Notes: generated by a model not told the origin, from the letters alone. A DNA stretch of 64,000 nucleotides from an uncultured Spirochaetales bacterium (GCA_964475005.1 CAYYUZ010000003.1:3500-67499), one strand, 5' to 3'; positions 38,457-48,460 are shown, counted from the stretch's first letter. Translations and numbers: made by a program.

Positions 38457-39445
38457 GCGGACTGATGCTCCCTGGAAATCTCACGCAGCGGCGGTCTTGA
38501 TTCTTGGCAGGCGGGCTTGGCGAACGGACACCTTGGGTGAAAGTGGCAACCGGAGGGTGGAAACACCGCCGAAGGGATCTCACCGCGAGGCAGTTCCTGA
38601 GTTCGCCGCCGGTTGGGATCGGGAACAGGAACGGCGCCCAGAAGGGCCTTGGTGTACGGGTGGTGGGGCCGACGGAAGATCTCCTCCTTGGCCCCGATTT
38701 CCACAATACGCCCCAGGTACATGACGGCGACCCTGTCACAAAGGTACTTGGCCGTGGCCAAGTCATGGGTGATAAACAGGTAGGTCAGGTCGTGCTCGTC
38801 TTTGAGCTTCTTGAGGAGTTCCATGATGAGCGCCCTTACCGAAACGTCGGCCATGGCGATGGGTTCGTCGGCAACGATGAAGTCGGGATTCAGCGCCAAG
38901 GCCCGGGCAATGACCACCCGCTGGGCCTGGCCTCCGCTGATCTGATGGGGGTATTTCTGAAACAGGAAGTCGGCGGGAGTCAAACCCACGCTCTCCATCA
39001 AGGCCCTGATCTTGTCGTCGCGGTCGGTCTTTTCACCGATGTTATGGATGTCCAGGCCGTGGCGGATGGCGGCTCCCAGGCTCATGCGCGGCGATAGCGA
39101 CGAAAGCGGGTCTTGGAACACCATCTGCATCCGTGGTCTCTGCCTGCGAAGCTGCTCGGGTGTCAGACTCGTCAAATCGATCCCCTCGAACTTCACAGAC
39201 CCCGAAGTCGGGTCCAAAAGCCGCAGGGCCAAGCGCCCCGTTGTCGATTTTCCCGACCCGGATTCTCCCGCCAGACCCAACACCTCGCCCTTCTTCAAAG
39301 AAAAGGAGACACCGTCGACCGCGTGGACCTTGAGGTCTTTTCCTGCCATAGCCTTGTCAAAGGGATTCTTCCGGACGGCAAACTCCTTGACGAGGTTCTC
39401 GACTTCCAAAAGAAACGGCGGAGGAACGGCGTTTTCAGCGGGCAT
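38441..39445 (-). CDS. dppF: Oligopeptide/dipeptide ABC transporter ATP-binding protein
   Basis: Walker A GESGSGKST, signature ISGGQAQR, C-terminal oligopeptide-ABC extension. Start trimmed to MPAENAV at 39445. Confidence 0.8.
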   Translation of the reverse strand: MPAENAVPPPFLLEVENLVKEFAVRKNPFDKAMAGKDLKVHAVDGVSFSLKKGEVLGLAGESGSGKSTTGRLALRLLDPTSGSVKFEGIDLTSLTPEQLRRQRPRMQMVFQDPLSSLSPRMSLGAAIRHGLDIHNIGEKTDRDDKIRALMESVGLTPADFLFQKYPHQISGGQAQRVVIARALALNPDFIVADEPIAMADVSVRALIMELLKKLKDEHDLTYLFITHDLATAKYLCDRVAVMYLGRIVEIGAKEEIFRRPHHPYTKALLGAVPVPDPNRRRTQELPRGEIPSAVFPPSGCHFHPRCPFAKPACQESRPPLREISREHQSACILD

Positions 39446-40424
39446 GGTTGGGGGCCTCCGGTTCTGTGATTCTCCAGCAGGCCGCCCTGTGTCCAGGGCG
39501 GTGTTCCAACAGGGGAGGTTCTTGAATTCGGCAGCGCCCCATCGCCACGGGGCACCGGGGGGCAAACGAGCAACCCACGGGAGGATCGACCAAACCCGGC
39601 GGGCTGCCTTCCATGGTCGTCAGTTTTTCCTGGTCGATGTCGATGTTCGGCACGCATGCGATCAAGCCTTGGGTGTAGGGATGCAGGGGCTCGTGAAACA
39701 CCGAGGCCGCGGGGGCGTCTTCCACGACCTGGCCCGCGTACATGACCGCAATGCGGTCCGCCAACTCGGCCACCAGCCCGAGGTTGTGCGTGATGACCAC
39801 GATGGTGAGGCTGAATTCCTTTTGAAGCCGTTTGAGCAGGTCGATGAACCCCGCTTCGACGATCACGTCGAGCGCCGTGGTGGGCTCGTCGCAGATCACG
39901 AGTTTGGGCTTGAGCACAAGTCCAAGACCGATCATGATACGCTGGCGCATCCCGCCCGACAGCTGGTGAGGGAAGGCCCCCATCCGGCTGGGCTCGATCC
40001 CCAAATCTTCGAGGATGGCTTTGATCATCGCCACGGCTTCGGGCTTCTTGATTCCAGGCTTGTGTGTTTTGAGCGCTTCTAGAAAGTGGCGGTCGATGCG
40101 CATGAGAGGATTGAGGCTGGTGAGGGGATTCTGGAACACCATGGCAATGTCCTTGCCCCTGACCCGGCGCATCTGCTTTTCTGGCAGCGAGGCCAGATCG
40201 AGGCCCTCAAACAGCACACGGCCGCCGCTGATCCTGCCCGGCGGCCTGACCAACCGGAGGATGGCCAACCCCAGGGTGGATTTCCCCGAACCCGACTCTC
40301 CGACGATTCCCAGGGTTTCTCCGGATTTGACATCGAGGCTGACGCTCCTGACCGCGTGGACGGTTCCAATAGCGATCGGGTAGTCGATGCAGAGGTCTTC
40401 GATCTTCAGCAGGGTGTCATTCAT
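39435..40424 (-). CDS. dppD: Oligopeptide/dipeptide ABC transporter ATP-binding protein
   Basis: Walker A GESGSGKST, signature LSGGMRQR. Start trimmed to MNDTLLKIEDL. Confidence 0.8.
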   Translation of the reverse strand: MNDTLLKIEDLCIDYPIAIGTVHAVRSVSLDVKSGETLGIVGESGSGKSTLGLAILRLVRPPGRISGGRVLFEGLDLASLPEKQMRRVRGKDIAMVFQNPLTSLNPLMRIDRHFLEALKTHKPGIKKPEAVAMIKAILEDLGIEPSRMGAFPHQLSGGMRQRIMIGLGLVLKPKLVICDEPTTALDVIVEAGFIDLLKRLQKEFSLTIVVITHNLGLVAELADRIAVMYAGQVVEDAPAASVFHEPLHPYTQGLIACVPNIDIDQEKLTTMEGSPPGLVDPPVGCSFAPRCPVAMGRCRIQEPPLLEHRPGHRAACWRITEPEAPNHAR

Positions 40425-40431
40425 GGTCGTC

Positions 40432-41322
40432 TCATCGCTCCAAAAGCTTTGGGTTGAGGATCTCGGCCAGGCCTTCGCCAAGCAAGGTGAACCCCAGAGC
40501 CAGGATCATGATCATGGCACCCGGAAACGTGATCAGCCACCAACTGCCCGAGGGCAGGAACTTCTTGCCCATCGAGAGGTCCATTCCCCAGTCGGCAATA
40601 CCGGCCGGCAGCCCCAGTCCAATGTAGCTGAGAGCGGCTTCGGTCATGATGGCGTCGGCGATGTTGATGCTGAAGATCACCACGGTGGTTGCGATCACGT
40701 TGGGGAAGATGTAGCGGCCCAAAATGGTCCACCGTTTGGCCCCCAAAACACGGGCCGCCTCGACGTACAACTCCTCACGGATGCTGATGGTCTGGCCGCG
40801 GACCAGCCGGTAGTAGGTCGGAATATAGATCACGGCCACCGCCAAGGTGATGTTGACCACGCCCGGCCCCAACATGGCCGCAAAGGCGATGGCCAAAATC
40901 AAGCCGGGAAAGCTGTAGATCGAGTCCATTGTCAGCGATAGAACCCGATCGAGGGGACCGCCGACGAAACCCGAAAGCAGGCCCAAGGGAATGCCGATCA
41001 AACTCGAGATCAGCGCTGCGGCAAAAGCGACGCCAAGAATGGTCTGCGCGCCCCAAACCATGCGGGCCCAAATGTCGCGTCCCAGGTTGTCGGTGCCCAT
41101 CAGGTGCACGCCGCCGGGAGCGATCAACTGGGGTCCTGCGTTCTGGTCTGAGGGGTTGAAAGACGTGAACAGCCAGGGCAGCAGGGTCATGACGATCATG
41201 AACAGCACAATGAACAAACCGACGAGGAAGATGTACCACTCGGCGCCGTACTTCTTTCCGGCAGTGCCAAAGGAGTGGAGCGCGCGGCCCAACAAGCCAG
41301 CGGGGGTAAGAGGTCTAGTCAT
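40432..41322 (-). CDS. dppC: Peptide ABC transporter permease
   Basis: 296 aa, 6 TM helices, binding-protein-dependent transport EAA-loop region. Confidence 0.8.
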   Translation of the reverse strand: MTRPLTPAGLLGRALHSFGTAGKKYGAEWYIFLVGLFIVLFMIVMTLLPWLFTSFNPSDQNAGPQLIAPGGVHLMGTDNLGRDIWARMVWGAQTILGVAFAAALISSLIGIPLGLLSGFVGGPLDRVLSLTMDSIYSFPGLILAIAFAAMLGPGVVNITLAVAVIYIPTYYRLVRGQTISIREELYVEAARVLGAKRWTILGRYIFPNVIATTVVIFSINIADAIMTEAALSYIGLGLPAGIADWGMDLSMGKKFLPSGSWWLITFPGAMIMILALGFTLLGEGLAEILNPKLLER

Positions 41323-41339
41323 AGGGCAAACTCCGGGAG

Positions 41340-41500
41340 AAAAAGGAAAAGAGACAGGATGACGGGATTTTCAGGATTCACAGGACAGAGAGAATCAGAA
41401 AGAAAAGACGAAGGAGCCGGCATTTTCGGGACTGCCTTCCCGACTCCCTTTGCCTGGATCCTGTTAATCCTTCTCTTCATCCTGTAATCCTGTCACATTC
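41340..41500. repeat. GACAGGAT-family MITE/REP-like element (copy A) inserted between dppB and dppC
   Basis: Left end GAGACAGGATGACGGGATTTTCAGGATTCACAGGAC; right end ATCCTGTAATCCTGTCACATTC, the inverted complement of the left-end motif; internal hairpin CGGGA-aggcag-TCCCG. Confidence 0.55.
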
Positions 41501-41507
41501 TTTCATT

Positions 41508-42524
41508 TCAATACTTCACTCTGGGATCGATCAGGGCATGGAGGATGTCGACGACCAGCGAGATCAGCGACACAAACAGCGCGAAGATCACGATGATTCC
41601 TTGGACGGTGGGGTAGTCGCGCAGGTAGATGCGTTCCAACAGCAGGCGGCCCATTCCCGGCCAGCTGAAGGTGGTCTCCGTCAGAATGGCACCGGCCAGA
41701 AGAACGGCGAACTGCAGCCCGAGCATGGTCAGCACGGGGACGAACGCGTTGCCCAGGGCGTGACCGTAGACGACCTTTCCTTCCGACAGCCCCCGGGCTC
41801 TGGCGGCAAGCACATAGTCGCTCTTGAGCGAATCGAGCATATTGGCCCGCGTGAGGCGGAGGAAAACACCCGAAAGCGTCACGCCCAGGGTCAGCGCCGG
41901 GAGGATGAGGTGCAGTCCCACGTCGGCAAACGCCTCAAGGTTCCCTTTCGCGAGGGTGTCGAACAGGTAAAACCCCGTTCCCTCAAAATCGGCTGTCAGC
42001 ACCCGGGACCCCACGCGGCCCGCTACGGGAAGCCAGTCGAGGGCAACGCCGAAGATCATCTGCAGGATCAGCCCCATCCAGAATACGGGGATGCAATACA
42101 CGATGTTTCCGTAGAGGCGCACGGAATAGTCACCGAAACTCCGGCGGTGCCGGGCGGCCCAGGCACCCACGGGAATTCCGATGCCCAGCGCCACGAGCAG
42201 ACCAACGAAGGTCAGCTCGATGGTGGCGGGAAGCTTCTCGAAGATGGGCGAGACGACCTTCTCCTTCTGAATCATGGACTCGCCCAGGTCGAACCGGGCC
42301 AACTGCCAAAGGTAGTCGCCATACTGCTGCCAGATCGGTTTGTCGAGACCCAGCAGATGTTTTTTTTCGGCGACATAGGCCGGCGGCGCGTGGTCGCCCA
42401 GCATCGCTGAAATTGGATCGCCCGGCAAAACCCTGAGCACAAGAAAGACGACAGTCAGAAGGATTAGCAGCATCGGGATCGTCAACAAAATCCGCGTCGC
42501 CAGATATTTGAAAAGGTTCTTCAT
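41508..42524 (-). CDS. dppB: Peptide ABC transporter permease
   Basis: Start trimmed to MKNLFKYLATRILL; 6 TM helices. Confidence 0.8.
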   Translation of the reverse strand: MKNLFKYLATRILLTIPMLLILLTVVFLVLRVLPGDPISAMLGDHAPPAYVAEKKHLLGLDKPIWQQYGDYLWQLARFDLGESMIQKEKVVSPIFEKLPATIELTFVGLLVALGIGIPVGAWAARHRRSFGDYSVRLYGNIVYCIPVFWMGLILQMIFGVALDWLPVAGRVGSRVLTADFEGTGFYLFDTLAKGNLEAFADVGLHLILPALTLGVTLSGVFLRLTRANMLDSLKSDYVLAARARGLSEGKVVYGHALGNAFVPVLTMLGLQFAVLLAGAILTETTFSWPGMGRLLLERIYLRDYPTVQGIIVIFALFVSLISLVVDILHALIDPRVKY

Positions 42525-42612
42525 GAGGTACAAGCCGTCCAAAAAAAAAGGAACCTCCCTTAGGAGGTTCCTCGGCAGTCTATCAGCAAACCCAGAGTTA
42601 GGAAAGGTCCAT

Positions 42613-44148
42613 TTACTTCAGGGTCAGCTGATCGTAGAGGAGCAGCATGCTGGCGTTGGTCACAACATTGTCCACGTTCGGCTTGGTGAAAACGTAAAGA
42701 CTGCCCTGCCAAAGGGGAATGGTTGGCACGTCGTCGGTCCAGAGATTTTGGATCTTCTGGAAGGCCGCCTTTCGGACCTTGGTGTCGGCGCTTGTGCGTT
42801 CGGTCACGTAAAGGTCGTCCCACACCTTGCTTGAGAAGTAGACCCCGTTGCCCTTCGAGGCTTCGGTCGAGGTGAAGACCGCGCTGAAGTCGTCTGGATC
42901 GATGTAGTCAGGATACCAGCCCAGGAGGAACACGGGCATCTGCTTTTTGTCCCACTGCTGCTTGTAGGTGGCCCACTCGGCGGTCTTCAAGGTCACCTTG
43001 ACCAGGGGGCTCTTTTCCAGCTGGGCCTTGAGAACCTCGGCCTGGTTTACTTCGGCGTCGCCGTAGTGACTTGTCGTGTACCACAGGTCGAAGGCGAAGG
43101 GCTTGTCTTTGCTATACCCGGCCTTGGTCAGCAAGGCTTCGGCTTTCGCGAGATTTCCGTCGCCAAGGGCCTTGAAGGTGGGAGACCTGTACGCCAGTCC
43201 TTCAGGGATCATCGAATAGAGCGGCTTGTTCTGGCCCAGATAGACCTTCTGGTTGATGTCCGGGCGGTTGATCAGGTAGGCGAACGCCTGGCGGAGGGTT
43301 TTGTCCTTGAACACGCTTTCGCTGGTCTCGAACGCCACGTAGCGGATGAACACGCCGTCGAGCTTGAAGGTCTTCACCTTGTCGTTCTTGCTTTCGGCGG
43401 CGATGTCGGCCGGGTTCAGGGTCTTGAACGCGAGGTCGACCTCCCCCTTGTCGAGGGCCAGGCGGAGGGTGGTGGCGTCGGCGTAGTATCGGATGATGAT
43501 CCGTTCGACCTTGGCCTTGGTTCCGTAGTAGTTGGGGTTGATCTCGAAAACGGCTTCTTGGTCACGCTTATACGAGGTCAGCTTGTACGGACCCGAGGCG
43601 GGGAAGGGCGCACCGAGGTCGTTAGGGTCGTGCGAAATCTTGTCGGCGGAGAAGGTTTTGGGATCTTGGGGGAAGTAGGGCGGCGTTGCGATCAGGGCGG
43701 CAAAGTAGCCGGTTGGGGCTTTCAGCTTGAACACGACGGTCAGAGGATTCTTGACGGTGACGGTGTCGACGTAGTCGGTCACCAGCGACACCGGGTCACC
43801 TTTGAGGGCCACGACGCGGTCGATCGTCCATTTGACTGCTGCGGCGTCCAGGGGGTTGCCGTTGGAGAACTTCAGTCCCTTGCGGAGGGTGAACGTGTAC
43901 TCGTCTCCGGCCTTGTTGACCGTGTATTTTTCGGCCAGGGCGGGAATCAAGTCGGATGACCCATTCTTGTAGGTCAGAAGTCCGCCAGAGATGTTCTGGA
44001 AATACTCCCAAGTGTGGAAGTCCCAGGTACTGGCATTGTCGATGTCCGTAATCTTTTCGGTCGTCCCGTAGACCAACGTCTTGGGGGCAGCGAAGGCTCC
44101 GAACGGAACGAGAGCCATGGCCAAGAAGAAAACTGTGAGTTTCTTCAT
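42613..44148 (-). CDS. dppA: Peptide/nickel ABC transporter substrate-binding protein (family 5)
   Basis: Start at MKKLTVFFLAMALVPFGAFA (signal peptide); SBP_bac_5 size and pattern. Confidence 0.8.
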   Translation of the reverse strand: MKKLTVFFLAMALVPFGAFAAPKTLVYGTTEKITDIDNASTWDFHTWEYFQNISGGLLTYKNGSSDLIPALAEKYTVNKAGDEYTFTLRKGLKFSNGNPLDAAAVKWTIDRVVALKGDPVSLVTDYVDTVTVKNPLTVVFKLKAPTGYFAALIATPPYFPQDPKTFSADKISHDPNDLGAPFPASGPYKLTSYKRDQEAVFEINPNYYGTKAKVERIIIRYYADATTLRLALDKGEVDLAFKTLNPADIAAESKNDKVKTFKLDGVFIRYVAFETSESVFKDKTLRQAFAYLINRPDINQKVYLGQNKPLYSMIPEGLAYRSPTFKALGDGNLAKAEALLTKAGYSKDKPFAFDLWYTTSHYGDAEVNQAEVLKAQLEKSPLVKVTLKTAEWATYKQQWDKKQMPVFLLGWYPDYIDPDDFSAVFTSTEASKGNGVYFSSKVWDDLYVTERTSADTKVRKAAFQKIQNLWTDDVPTIPLWQGSLYVFTKPNVDNVVTNASMLLLYDQLTLK

Positions 44149-44393
44149 AAAATCTCCTTTGCTTCCCCTCTTCGAGAGGCGATGCCTCGTGGAAAGGGAA
44201 AACAAAATTATGGAAAGGAAGTCCGGACGCGTCAATCGACAGAGCTGTTAAGATTGAATGAAATTTGGGAATGCTTTCGCCTGCGGGAACGCAAAGGACG
44301 AAAGAAGTGACAAAGAGTCGAACCAGACCACATTTTGGCTAGGCCTTTTGCTGTATTTGTTCTATATTCGTGTTCCATCGGGCCGGTCCCTAA

Positions 44394-45404
44394 ATGGGGA
44401 TGAACATGGCCCGACTGCCAAACCGGATTCCACCCTTCCGAAGGACGTTCATGGCTCCTGAAAAGTGCTTCTTTTTTCTCCGCCAAGCCCTCCGCTTGGC
44501 CCTGGGGCTTCTTGTCCTGGGAACCAGTTCCTGCTCGGTTAACCGTATTGCCTTGAGCATGACCGCCGATGCCATGACCGGCGTCGGGCGAAGTACTGTC
44601 TTCACGGGCGACGACGACCCGGAACTCGTGGGCGACTCTCTGCCGCTCCTGATCAAAATGTTCGAGACTCTGCAGGAACAGCTACCCGATCACGCCGGAC
44701 TGAACCTGCAGACCGGCAGCCTCACCGTCATGTACGCCAACGCCTTCGTGCAGACTCCCGCCGAGTTTCTGCCGCCCCAGCAGGCCGAGCGCAAGAAGCA
44801 GCAGCTCGAGCGCGCCAAGAAACTATACCTGCGCGGAGAACGCTTTCTCATGAAGGAGCTGGAACTCAAATTCCCCGGCCTCAGGAAGGCGCTAGCCGCG
44901 GATTCGGCGGCACCGCTGCTGGCCAAGGCCACCAAGGCCGACGTGCCCTTCCTGTATTGGGAATCGGCGGCCATTATGTCGGCTTTTGCCCTCGCGCCGT
45001 TGGATGTCGGCCTCTCGGTGAGGGTCAAGGAGGCCCGGGCGTTGATGGCGCGGGCCTACGCTCTCGACCCCGATTTCGGCGGCGGCACCCTCGATGAATT
45101 CTACATTTCGTTCTACGGAAGCCTTCCGGCAGGGATGGGCGGGAACAAGGCCTTGGCCAAAGAGGCTTTCGAGCGGGCTCTGAGGAAGGGAGGCGGAAAA
45201 ACGGCGGGTCCCTACGTTGCTTACGCCTTGGCCGTGTCAATTCCGAACCAAGACTATGCGGAGTTCAAAAGCCTGCTCGATGCGGCTCTGGCCGTCGGTC
45301 TCGATTCTCCCTTCAACCGCCTCGCCAATATCCTGGCCCAGCGGAAGGCGGCGTGGCTGATCGCGCATCAGGACGATCTGTTTGTGGACATCCCGTCTCC
45401 ATGA
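44394..45404 (+). CDS. tatT: TatT-like TPR protein of a TPAT (TPR-protein-associated TRAP) transporter
   Basis: Helical TPR-like protein with a lipoprotein-type signal (probable real start MAPEKCFF at 44451), directly upstream of a fused TRAP permease and a DctP-type SBP. Confidence 0.55.
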   Translation: MGMNMARLPNRIPPFRRTFMAPEKCFFFLRQALRLALGLLVLGTSSCSVNRIALSMTADAMTGVGRSTVFTGDDDPELVGDSLPLLIKMFETLQEQLPDHAGLNLQTGSLTVMYANAFVQTPAEFLPPQQAERKKQQLERAKKLYLRGERFLMKELELKFPGLRKALAADSAAPLLAKATKADVPFLYWESAAIMSAFALAPLDVGLSVRVKEARALMARAYALDPDFGGGTLDEFYISFYGSLPAGMGGNKALAKEAFERALRKGGGKTAGPYVAYALAVSIPNQDYAEFKSLLDAALAVGLDSPFNRLANILAQRKAAWLIAHQDDLFVDIPSP

Positions 45405-47278
45405 AGAAACCCCTCAGTTTCTTTGCGAACAAGGCCGAAAACGGCATCGTCTTCTTGTTTCTGCTGCTCCTGGCCGTGCTTCCTGTGGCCGAGATCATCG
45501 CGCGGATCGGCTTCAAGACGGGAATTCCCTCGGAAGTCGGCCTGATGGCCCAGATCGTTTTGGTTCTGGGTTTCTTTGGTGCCATGGTCGCCGCCCGCGA
45601 GGGAGAGCACCTCAACATCGCCTTGGTCAATCATCTCAACAGCGGAAGGGCGCGCGTCATCGTGGGTTTGGTGAGCTCAACCATAGCTACCACCATCCTG
45701 ACCATTTTCGCGTGGAGTTCGATTTCGTTCGTCCTGCTCAGTTTCAACCCGTGGACCATCATCGGCTTCGTTCCCGATGGGCTTGTCGCGCTGGTGATGC
45801 CACTGGGCTACTCCGTCATGGCCTGGAGGATGGCGGTCTTCCGCACACCGGGGGGACGAAAACTCCGCCTACCTGCCGTAGGAATTCTTGTCGGGACAGT
45901 GTTGGCCGTCCCGGTCATCGTCAAGATCTTCTGGGGTGCCAACGTTCCGCCCGGGCTTGCGGTCATTTCGAACCTTGTCGATGCCTTCTACCGCGACTAC
46001 AGCCTTGCGGCCGTTCTTGTCATCATTGCCTCGGCCTTTGCCGGCACGCCCTTGTTCGTGGTCATCGGCTCGGTCGCACTGTTCTTCATCAAACAGGCCG
46101 GCGGTGAGTTCGAAATCGTCGCCAACCAAGCCTACACAGAATTGTCGCTGACCACCCTCCCCGCCATTCCCCTGTTCACCGTTGCCGGGTTCATGCTCTC
46201 GGAAAGCCAGGCAGGAGCCCGGTTGATCGGCGTTTTCCGCAACCTGTTCGGCTGGATTCCGGGCGGTATGATCATTGCGACGGTCGTCGTCTGCGCGTTC
46301 TTCACCACCTTCACGGGCGCCTCGGGGGTGACCATTATCGCCCTGGGGGGTTTGCTTTCAAAGATCCTCGTCGACCACGCCAAGTTTCCCCGCGGGTTCG
46401 CTCTTGGCTTGATCACGGCGGTGGGGAGCATAGGCATTCTGTTCCCGCCCAGCCTGCCCATCATTCTTGTAGGAGCCTCGACCCAGACGAGCATCCTTCA
46501 AATGTTTGCCGGCGGCATTGTCCCGGGGGTGCTCCTTATCCTTGCTATGATCGGCTACGGAATCTTCTTTGCCATCCGGCACAAGGTGCCCGTAGAAACG
46601 TTCTCCTGGAGGCAGACCGCCTCGTCGGTGAAAGCCTCCATCTGGGAGATTCTGTTGCCGGTTTGGCTTGTGGCTGGCTATTTCACAGGACTTCTGACCA
46701 TCGTCGAGACCGCGGCTTTCGCCGTGATCTACACCATCGTGATCGAAGTGTTCGTCAACAAAGACATCTCGTTGCGCTACCTTCACCGGGTCTTCATCAA
46801 GGGTGTGCCCATTATCGGCGGGGTGCTGGCCATCTTGGCCGCGTCGCAGGCCCTTTCGTACTTCATTGTCGATTCCGAAGTGCCGCAAGTTCTCACCAAG
46901 TGGGTGCAGTCGTACGTCACCTCGCCCTACCTCTTCATTCTCCTTCTCAACTTGGCGCTGCTTGTCGCCGGCAGTTTGATGGACATCTTTTCGGCCATCA
47001 TTGTGCTGCTGCCTCTTGTCGCGCCGCTGGGAGCGGCCTACGGTCTCAATCCTGTGCAGGTCGGTATCATCTTCATCATGAACATGGAGGTCGGGTTCCT
47101 CTTGCCGCCCATCGGCCTGAACCTGTTCCTGGCCTCTTACAGGTTCAGGCGGCCCTACCTCGAAATCGCCCGCAACGTATTACCGTTTCTGGTGATTCAG
47201 ATTGCCGTCAACTTGCTGGTGTCGTACGTTCCCTGGTTTACCACGGCCCTTGGGGCCTTCTTTCAACCCCACGTCTAA
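45401..47278 (+). CDS. TRAP transporter fused permease (DctQ-DctM)
   Basis: Start trimmed to MKKPLSFF (ATGA overlap with tatT); about 16 TM helices. Confidence 0.8.
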   Translation: MKKPLSFFANKAENGIVFLFLLLLAVLPVAEIIARIGFKTGIPSEVGLMAQIVLVLGFFGAMVAAREGEHLNIALVNHLNSGRARVIVGLVSSTIATTILTIFAWSSISFVLLSFNPWTIIGFVPDGLVALVMPLGYSVMAWRMAVFRTPGGRKLRLPAVGILVGTVLAVPVIVKIFWGANVPPGLAVISNLVDAFYRDYSLAAVLVIIASAFAGTPLFVVIGSVALFFIKQAGGEFEIVANQAYTELSLTTLPAIPLFTVAGFMLSESQAGARLIGVFRNLFGWIPGGMIIATVVVCAFFTTFTGASGVTIIALGGLLSKILVDHAKFPRGFALGLITAVGSIGILFPPSLPIILVGASTQTSILQMFAGGIVPGVLLILAMIGYGIFFAIRHKVPVETFSWRQTASSVKASIWEILLPVWLVAGYFTGLLTIVETAAFAVIYTIVIEVFVNKDISLRYLHRVFIKGVPIIGGVLAILAASQALSYFIVDSEVPQVLTKWVQSYVTSPYLFILLLNLALLVAGSLMDIFSAIIVLLPLVAPLGAAYGLNPVQVGIIFIMNMEVGFLLPPIGLNLFLASYRFRRPYLEIARNVLPFLVIQIAVNLLVSYVPWFTTALGAFFQPHV

Positions 47279-47287
47279 AGCTCTGCG

Positions 47288-48313
47288 ATGAGCAAAGGAT
47301 ACCCAATGAATCTTTCAATTTTCAAAACACTTCTGGCGGCCGCCCTCTGCACCTTTCTAGCCTTGCCGGTTTCGGGACTCACCCTGAAGATCGCCTCGGT
47401 AGCCCCGGAAGCCACCCCGTGGGGCGCCGCTCTCAACAAATTGGCCGCCGACTGGGAACGCATCACCGGCGGGCAGGTCGTGGTCAAGATCTACCACAAC
47501 GGCATCGCCGGCAGCGAGGCCGACATGCTCCGCAAGGTCAAGATCGGTCAGCTTCAAGGCGGCGTGTTCACGAGTTTCGGTTTGAACTCGATCACGCCGG
47601 AAATTCTCACCATGAGCGCTCCCCTGCTTATCCACAACAATGAAGAATTGAACTTTGTCCTCGACAAGAACCGCGCGACCTTCGAAAAAAAGATGCTCGA
47701 CAAGGGTTTTGTCGTGCTGGCCTGGTCGAAGGCCGGCTGGGTGAGGTTCTTCTCGAAGAAGCCCGTCTTCGTCCCCGCGGACCTGAAGAAGCAGAAACTG
47801 TCCACCGACCCCACCGAGGTTGCGCTCTCGGGAGCCTTCACAAGCCTGGGTTACCAGTTGGTGCCGGTCAACCTTTCGGAAACTCTTGTGGCCCTGTCGA
47901 GCGGCATGGTCGATGCCATCTACATCAGCCCGCTGGCGGCAGGCGGCATGCAGTTTTTTGGGGTGGCGAACAACATGGTCAACCTTGACGTCGCCCCGTT
48001 TCTGGGCGCCATTGTGCTGTCAACGTCGGTTTGGAACAAGATTCCCGCCGACCAGCAGGCCAAGCTCATCGAAAACAGCCTTTCGTTGGAGAAGGAACTC
48101 GATTCTCAGGTCGTCGACCTCGAGGCCAAGGCGGTGACTTCGATGCAGAAGTACGGACTGATCGTCAACAACCTGACACCGGCGCAACGACGGCTTTGGG
48201 AGCAAGACGCGAACGAAGGGCTTCCCCGCGCCATGGGAACTTCCTTCGACAAGGAGACCTTCGACCGCATCAGCGGACAGTTGAAAGACTTCCGGGCGGC
48301 ACAGAAGAAATAA
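47288..48313 (+). CDS. TRAP transporter substrate-binding protein (DctP/TatP family)
   Basis: Signal peptide, DctP-family size and pattern. Confidence 0.75.
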   Translation: MSKGYPMNLSIFKTLLAAALCTFLALPVSGLTLKIASVAPEATPWGAALNKLAADWERITGGQVVVKIYHNGIAGSEADMLRKVKIGQLQGGVFTSFGLNSITPEILTMSAPLLIHNNEELNFVLDKNRATFEKKMLDKGFVVLAWSKAGWVRFFSKKPVFVPADLKKQKLSTDPTEVALSGAFTSLGYQLVPVNLSETLVALSSGMVDAIYISPLAAGGMQFFGVANNMVNLDVAPFLGAIVLSTSVWNKIPADQQAKLIENSLSLEKELDSQVVDLEAKAVTSMQKYGLIVNNLTPAQRRLWEQDANEGLPRAMGTSFDKETFDRISGQLKDFRAAQKK

Positions 48314-48460
48314 GGGACAGGATTGCAGGATTTTGCGGATGGACAGGATTGGGGAGATCTTTGGGGAAATTCTCGGACCTCCCCGAGGCTTCTTGGTCCG
48401 CCTTTTTCATTTTCTCCTGGGAATTCTCCTCAATCCTGTCATCCTGTCACATTCCTTTCT
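48314..48460. repeat. GACAGGAT-family MITE/REP-like element (copy B) between convergent dctP and mnmA
   Basis: Left GGGACAGGATTGCAGGATTTTGCGGATGGACAGGATTGGGG; right CAATCCTGTCATCCTGTCACATTCC. Collinear with copy A end-to-end. Confidence 0.55.
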
